DNA from: Naegleria gruberi
Lineage: Eukaryota
Length of the DNA: 64,000 nt
Assembly: GCA_000004985.1 (NCBI GenBank)
Contig: GG738865.1
Strand: one strand, 5' to 3'
Shown here: piece after piece, positions 57,151 through 64,000 of the stretch
How the letters are laid out: each line of letters begins with the position of its first letter
Position numbering within the stretch: the first letter of the stretch is position 1
The notes under the pieces: generated by a model
The model's input: the letters and a program-made list of their open reading frames with translations, nothing else
Told to the model about the DNA's origin: nothing
Databases searched by the model: none
Made by a program: the position numbers and the translations under genes

Positions 57151-60100
57151 ATGCTTTCACTGAACAGAACACTATCATCATCGATTTTAACTCAATGTAA
57201 TAGGGTTGGCTCTCACACATTGTCTCTATCACACAGAGTGTCGAAAGCTTGTGGAAAATCCAATTTTAAAGTTATTCTTGGGGTGAATAATTATAACACA
57301 TCGGAATTGATAAACTGTGTTATTAAAAACAACAATCAGAGAAATTACACTCTTACACAAAAATTAAATGGAAAGAAGAAGGACGCTACAAATGATGAGG
57401 AAGAGGATGTTGTAGAACTAAAATCAATCACTACCGAAAGTGTTGATTTAAAAAATCAGAAATTTACTCCAATGATGAATCAATATTTCAAAATTAAAGA
57501 AAAACATTCGGATTATTTATTATTATTTAGAATGGGAGATTTTTATGAAATTTTCTTTGAAGATGCTGTTAAAGCTTCACAAGTTTTACATATTACAGTA
57601 TGTTTAATATTAGATTATGAAAGTATTGAATTTATTTAAATTAGTTGACTAAAAGAGGAAAGCATTTGGGACAAGATATTCCAATGTGTGGAATTCCACA
57701 CCATGCATTAGATGCCTATTTACAAAAATTAATTAAGAATGGTGTTGTAGTTGCTATTTGTGATCAAGTAGAGGATCCAGCCGAAGCCAAGAAGAATAAG
57801 AAAATAGTCGAGAGACAAATTACTAGATTGTAAGTATTAATTTGAATTGGAATTCATTACTCAACTAATATAGAGTAACACCAGGAACATTGACAGAGGA
57901 TAGATTTTTGGAAGCAAGTGAACACAATTATTTAGCTGCTATTGGATTGCCAGAAAAATTCTCAACCAATGACGAAAATCATAAGGAGCAACAGGTTACT
58001 CTTTCATGGGTTGAATTATCGACTGGTGAATTTAATTATTTGAATTGTTCCTGTATGTAACAACCTTAATTATTATTTTAATATTTCAAGTTGGTAATTT
58101 ACAATCGGAGTTATTGAGATTGAGTCCAAGTGAAATTTTGATTCCTTCCAACTTTGAATACGTATTCAAGGTAAGACTGGAGGAATACCATGTCACTCTC
58201 AGAAAACCAGCTTCATATCAACACTATGCAAATTTCATTCAAAATCATTTCAAATTGGACAAGCTTTCAAGTTATAGTGGTGTAAGTTATTTAATAATAT
58301 TAATTTCTCATTATCAAATAGTTGGACATAACTACATGTGGAATGATTTTGGACTATGTTAAAGAAACTCAAAAAGGTCAAATGCCAACACTTAGTACAC
58401 CTGAAAAATTCAAAATGGAAAGAAATATGTCTATTGACTTGGCAACCAGAAAAAGTTTGGAACTCACACGGACCCTATCAGGATCTAGGAAGGGAAGCTT
58501 ACTTTCAATTATTGATAAATGTGTAACAGCACCAGGTGCTAGATTATTGTCGAATCGATTGGCCTCACCATTGGCTGTTCCTTCCGAGATTGAGGATAGA
58601 TTGGATTGTGTAGAATATCTCACTGAAGATAAAGTTCTCATTGATCAAATCAGAGACTATCTGAAGAATTGCTACGACATTGAAAGAGCCATTCAAAGAT
58701 TGAGCATGAGCAGAGGTTCACCAAAGGATCTTTTCACAGTTGCAGCAACGGTTTCACAATGTCAACAACTGAAGGAAATTATTTTGGAAAATGAGGCGAG
58801 GAGACATACCAAATTACCAACAGTGTTGGCCAAAGTAGTGGAAGAATTGAATTCGGATGTCCAACTCGAGGCGATGAACGAGATTTTATCCGCCATGAAA
58901 GAGTACGAGGACCTACCTACTTCTGTAAGTGAGGGAGGCTTCATTAGGGTTGGATATTCAACAGAGCTTGACGAATGGCTCAAATTGAGTCAACACAGTG
59001 AAACCCTTATTCAAGATCTCCAAAAGGAATATAAGGACAAGACTGGAATTAGTACATTGAAAATTAAGAATAACAATGTGATGGGTTACTTTGTAGAAAT
59101 TCCAAGCTCACAACGTGATAGAATTCTTCCATTTAAGGAGTTTTCACACAAGCAAACCATGACTAATGTAGTTCGTTTCAAGACTGACAAGCTAGAAGAA
59201 TTGCAAGAAAAACTTGGAAAGGCACAACAAGAAGCCATCGATATGGAGCTGAAAATCTTCTTCCAGCTTCAAAAGAAATTACTAATAATTGCCAAAACAC
59301 TACTCTCCTCTGCTCAATCTATTGCCTCAATTGACTTGTATTCATCTTTGGCTTTGCTGGCAAGAGAGAGAAGCTATACGAGACCTAATGTAACACCATT
59401 CATTGAGTCTGAAGAGTTGGAAAAATCGAAAAAGAAAGTTCCAATCCTCAATATTCAAAAAGGTAGACATCCAATTGTTGAATATGCACAACAAGTCGGA
59501 GGAGCCACCATTGACAAGTCAAAGTTGGGTAAGAATGTAGGATTGACCTTTGTATCCAATGATTGTACAATGTTTAATAATGAGAATAGACTCATGCTTT
59601 TAACAGGTGCAAACATGGCAGGAAAAAGTACATACCTCAGACAGAATGCCCTCATTATTATTTTAGCTCAGATGGGATGTTTTGTTCCAGCTCAAAAGGC
59701 AGAATTTATGGTGGTTGACAAGATTTTCAGTCGTGTTGGTGCCTCTGATAATCTTGCCAATGATCAATCGACATTTATGGTTGAAATGGTTGAGACTGCT
59801 AATATTCTCAATCAAGCAACCAATAAGAGTTTCGTAATTATGGATGAATTAGGAAGAGGAACATCAGTTCTAGAGGGTTTGAGTATTGCCACAGCTGTTA
59901 TTCAACATTTACACAATAAGATTCAATGCAGAGCTCTATTCGCCACTCATTTCCACGAGCTCATTGAGAAGGCAAAGGAATTGAAATTTATGAAACCCTA
60001 CAAGTTGGAAGTACGAGTTAACAAATCCAATAATATCACGTTCACATACAAGATAGTTCCAGATGAGATTATTGATGGACAAAGTGCTGCATCAACTCAT

Positions 60101-60202
60101 TCGTCCTATGCCATTCAAGTTGCTAAATTGGCTGGTGTACCATCTATTGTAACAGATGAGGCAGAAAAGATTTTAGCAAAATTAAAGGCAGAGAGAAAGT
60201 AA
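57151..60202 (+). CDS. msh1: Bacterial-type MutS homologue (MSH1-like, probably mitochondrial DNA mismatch repair), ~960 aa. join(57151..57597, 57645..57829, 57874..58052, 58091..58281, 58322..60202).
   Basis: Four short introns (47, 44, 38, 40 nt; GTATGT/GTAAGT donors) restore MutS domain I ([69 protein letters not shown]...ITRLVTPGTL, compare E. coli MutS LTKRG...PMAGIPYHA...VAICEQ...VTPGT). Domain V has Walker [14 protein letters not shown] and DELGRGTS. N-terminal presequence. Confidence 0.85.
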
Positions 60203-60476
60203 GGAATGCTCAAAAATCTCTTGGAAAACAGCCGGTAACGTGTCCTTAAAATTATGTGGCTACATTATTGACAGGCGCACTGAAACACACAGAAGAGTGT
60301 CTTTGTCACTTGTCAGGCCTTGTCACTATCATTAAAAAAAATTATCATCACAACTGTGTTATCCAGTTAAAACACATCACAACGATAATCATAAAAACAA
60401 CACCACAACAACAAAACAACTGTAAAACAATAATTAACTACTAGATAACAATAACTACGGACTAAATCACATAAAA

Positions 60477-63400
60477 ATGTCCTCCCTATTCAATCGTTTC
60501 AAAAAGAATAACAGCAATGCAGAGAATAAATTTGAACAACAACGTAACGCCAATCGTAAAACACTACAACCTCAGGATTTGACCTCGACCCAAAGTGAAA
60601 TCAGTGCTCATGACAAGTCGGGTTCACTCTCAATTCCATCAAGTAATACTGCCAGTAGTGGTTCTCTAGCCTATTATGAGGAAGGAGCATCAGTGAATGC
60701 CATGACTCAACTCTCAAACAAAAACAGTAAGAAGGGAGATAACAACAAGGAAAAGATGCCACCACCAGAGGAAATTGTTGCTCAATTTGAAAAGTTGTTG
60801 AAATATCAAGGTATTACACCAACTGAAAAACGATACAAATTGATGATTATGAAACCTTTGGAAGAAAAGTGGAAATTGGTTAAAATTATGCAAAATACAA
60901 AGAAGGAAGCTGATAAATTGCATACCATCAAGGACACTCCTGAATATATTGTACATCGTTTGAAAGATGAACCAACACTTGGTTCAGTTACTGAATTGAT
61001 CAGTCTCTTAAAGGGAGCTAAATCAGAGGATTGGATTCGTAAATTCTTGGATTTACAAGGTTTGGAGTGTTTATTTCAAATACTGGTAGAAAGTTGTGAT
61101 CAACAAATTAGAGAACAGTATGTTTTTGTTAACATTTTCAATAATTTATTGAATGTAACATTATTCAATTGATTATAATCCTTTTTTGGACATTTTTGTA
61201 ACTTTTTCAATATTTGTAATGTCCTCCAATGATTTTTAACACAGAGGTGGTAATATTCACGAAGAATTTTCTGATGATGAAGCACAACCTGAGGAAGAAG
61301 AAAATGAAGAGGAAGAAGATGGACTCGAAGATGAGGAAAAGAAGGAAGAAACTGGTTCCGAACAAGTGGAAACCAAGTCTTTGGATCCAAAGAGTAAACC
61401 ACCTCCACCTATGCTTCCACCAAGAATTGAAACTAAATCAAAGCGTGAAGATCCATACGATGCTCTTCAAGCTGAATGTGTCAGAGCACTTCGTGCATTG
61501 ATGAATACCACTCTTGGTCTTAATGCCTTTTTGCAAAGTAAGGACAAGTCAGTGTTAACTGTCACCAAGATTTTGGATTCCAGAAATATCAAAACCAAAA
61601 CTCAAGTTTTCTTCTTGTTGGCAACTATTTGTAGATTCGAACAAGGTTTTTGGATTGCTATCGATGCTATGAACAAGTACAAGTTGAATAGAAAGGAACG
61701 TGCTAGATTCCAAACCATTGTTCGTTTATTGAAGAAGAAGGTTGAAGTGAGTGATGAAACTATTTTACTCAAAACTTCAATTATTGTTTTCATTAACTCT
61801 TTAATTAATTCTCCACAAGATGCTTCATTGAAGAAACAATTGAGAAAGGAATTTGTTGATCTTAAAATGATTGAAATCAGTGAACAATTGAAAGCTTTGG
61901 ATCTTGACGATACTTTAACAATGCAACTTTCATTCTTCGAAGAGGAAGTTCAAGATATTGAAGATGCTGAAGAGGAGGAAGAAGAGCTAGATCTCGACGC
62001 ATTGGAAGATCCTATGGAAATTCTCAAACTTATTAGAGTTCAATTGGGTGGTTCTCAAGCTTTCGAATATTTCGTTAAAATCCTTCAATACTTTTTAATC
62101 ATTTCCGGTAAATCAAATGAAAAGGAAAAATCAAAGAATATGAATATTCTCTTGACAATGATCAAGAAGGCTGTTGCTTTCAAGGAAGATGGTGGAGTTG
62201 AAGAAGTCAGTGTTAAGGAATTGCAATTAGCTGATCGTGTTGAAACTCAACAACGTAAGATTACACAACTCGAAACTAGATTCTTGAAATTGGCAGAAAT
62301 GTTAAAGACTGGTAAAATTGATGATAAGGTTATTGAAAAATTCATTAGTTTGACATCTAAGGACACAAGAGAAAGCTTTAACAAATCAGTTGAAAGTATG
62401 GATCCTAGTGAGTTACAAGAAGAATTCCTCAAAGATGCCGAAGAATTACTTGTAAAGGTTAAGTCAAAAGGTGGATTTGATTTGGATACTTCAAATGCTC
62501 CAGAAGATTTAAAGAAACACTTGAAGAAACTCGAAACTGAGCTCAAATTTATGACTTATAAGGCCAAACAATTAGAGAAACAATTACAATCTGGAGGTGG
62601 AGGAAAAGGTGGAGGTGGTTCTGGTGGAGGATCAGGTGGAGGCGGCTCAGTAGGTTCAGGAGAAGCAAGCTCTGGTGATTCAGGATCTGAGGTGCCCTTC
62701 AGGTGAAGGTGGTTCAACAGGAGGTGATTCATCTGTTCCATCCATACCAACAATTCCAGTTGCAACTGAAGGCATTCCATTGCCACCTGGTATGGGAGTT
62801 CCTCCACCACCTGGTATGGGAATTCCACCACCACCTGGTATGGGCGGTATTCCACCACCACCAGGATCAGGTATTCCATTGCCACCTGGCGTTCCACCAC
62901 CACCTGGCATGGGAGGAATTCCAATGCCACCTGGAGTTCCTATGCCACCTGGTATGGGTATTCCTGGTATTCCAGGTATTCCACAAGGATACGTTCCACC
63001 AAAATTACCAACCTATAAGAGTACTGCTGTAATGAAGGGTGTCTTTTGGAGTAAGGTACCAGTTCAACAATTGAAGGACTCTATCTGGATTAAGAAGGAT
63101 ATTGTCACTGGATTGGAAGGTATTGAATTGGAAACAACAGAATTGGAAAAGCTCTTTGCTAAGAAGGAATCTATTGTATTGGAAACTAACACAAAGAAAC
63201 CAGAAAAGGTTACCCTCATTGATCCAAAGAAGGCCCAAAACTCTGCCATCGTTCTCGGTTCTATGAGATTGGACCACGATGATATTAAATTATCCATGTT
63301 GAGAATGGATGAAGGTGTTTTGGCTCCAGAAAATATCAAGGCCCTCAAGGACATGGTTCCTACAGCCGATGAAAGACAAGCTCTCAGTGATTATAATGGT

Positions 63401-64000
63401 GATTTCAACATGTTGGGAACAACTGAACAATTCTTGAGTAAGGTCATGGATATTCCAAGACTCGAAGAAAGATTAGAAAGTTGGTTGATCAAACTCAAAT
63501 TCCCTGCCAGTGTTTCCTCAATTGAACCAGATATTGAAACTATCATTTCTTGTTGCAAACAATTACAACAAGGTAAAAAATTCCACAAAGTTTTGCAAGT
63601 CATTTTGGCTATTGGTAACTTTATCAATGGTAACAAGAAGGCAGTTCACGGTTTCCAAATCAATGCCCTTCCAAAGTTGAAGGACACAAAGGCAACAGGT
63701 GCTAAGATTAATATGCTCGATTATATTGTTCAATTTTTGGAGAAGAATCATCCAGAAACTCTCAATTTTGGTGATGACCTTTCTGCTCTTAAGGGTGCTG
63801 AAAGAGTTTCAATTCAAGGTATCACTTCTGAATTGAATGAAATGAAGAATGGTGTCAATTTTGTTGGTAGAGAAATTGAAAAGTCAGATTTAGACACAGA
63901 ATTCGACAAGTTTAGAGAAGTCATGGTTGACTTTTTAGATTTTGCCTCTGAAAAGGTTGAAACATTCGAAAATCAAATTAAGGAAATGCAAACTCAAATT
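60477..64000 (+). CDS. Diaphanous-type formin (GBD/FH3 - coiled coil - FH1 - FH2). It continues beyond the window end and has an apparent +1 frameshift near 62650-62706.
   Basis: Exon 1 60477..61117 (GBD/FH3: PEYIVHRLKDEPTLGSVTELISLLKGAKSEDWIRKFLDLQGLECLFQIL). A 127-nt intron (GTATGT at 61118, ACAG at 61243-44) leads to exon 2 (61245..), which runs to a Gly-rich linker. FH1 poly-Pro repeats (GIPPPPGMG x several) and FH2 (ILAIGNFINGNKKAVHGFQINALPKLKDTKA) lie in the +1 frame from about 62652 to the window end. Confidence 0.75.

Noticed and set aside
62556-63032. His/Gln-rich ORFs 62703..63032(+), 62556..62930(-), 62680..62910(-)
   Set aside because: Alternative-frame and antisense readings of the formin FH1 poly-proline (CCACCACCTGGTATGGG) repeats. 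The FH1/FH2 frame continues uninterrupted into the FH2 domain.

Overview
This is gene-dense, AT-rich (~33-35% GC) nuclear DNA from a unicellular eukaryote, not a prokaryote. I could support about 38 protein-coding genes on both strands and one tRNA, with short intergenic spacers.

The organism looks like a dictyostelid-type amoebozoan. Introns are short GT..AG spliceosomal introns (35-132 nt, donors GTAAGT/GTATGT). Start contexts are A-rich (AAAATG). Proteins carry S/T/N/Q-rich low-complexity tracts. The gene content fits: several RasGEF/F-box/kinesin/formin-type genes, a Gα-like protein, and a histone H2B with Lys-rich extensions. Standard genetic code; TAA/TGA/TAG all act as stops.

I re-derived spliced gene models by hand and checked exon phases against the ORF-track coordinates. 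No transposons, CRISPR arrays or rRNA are visible.

Recognisable genes include:
- a membrane glycerophosphodiester phosphodiesterase
- methylcrotonoyl-CoA carboxylase beta subunit
- a PPR protein
- two kinesins, one of them chromokinesin-like with a C-terminal helix-hairpin-helix
- histone H2B
- a UXT/prefoldin-like gene missed by the ORF track
- an F-box-RasGEF protein
- an AIG1/Toc34-like GTPase
- a tubulin-tyrosine-ligase-like gene
- a SHAQKYF-type Myb protein
- a BTB-BACK-MATH protein
- a WD40 protein
- a CTD small-phosphatase-like (NIF-domain) gene
- a bacterial-type MutS (MSH1-like) gene
- a Diaphanous-type formin that runs off the 3' edge

Most interesting observations:
1. A strongly degenerate Gα-like gene sits immediately upstream of a 7TM receptor gene with a C-terminal RGS domain (AtRGS1-like architecture). 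This looks like a physically linked G-protein signalling module.
2. Three secreted, cysteine-rich, mucin-like paralogues lie in a tandem-plus-inverted cluster. Two of them share a ~330-nt block that is ~97% identical, differing mostly at synonymous sites (concerted evolution).
3. A Pol-β-superfamily nucleotidyltransferase of unclear subfamily.
4. An in-frame TAA interrupts a Myb transcription-factor gene.
5. An apparent 1-nt frameshift in the formin gene.
6. Promoter palindromes of the form ACGTGA-N2-TCACG(T).
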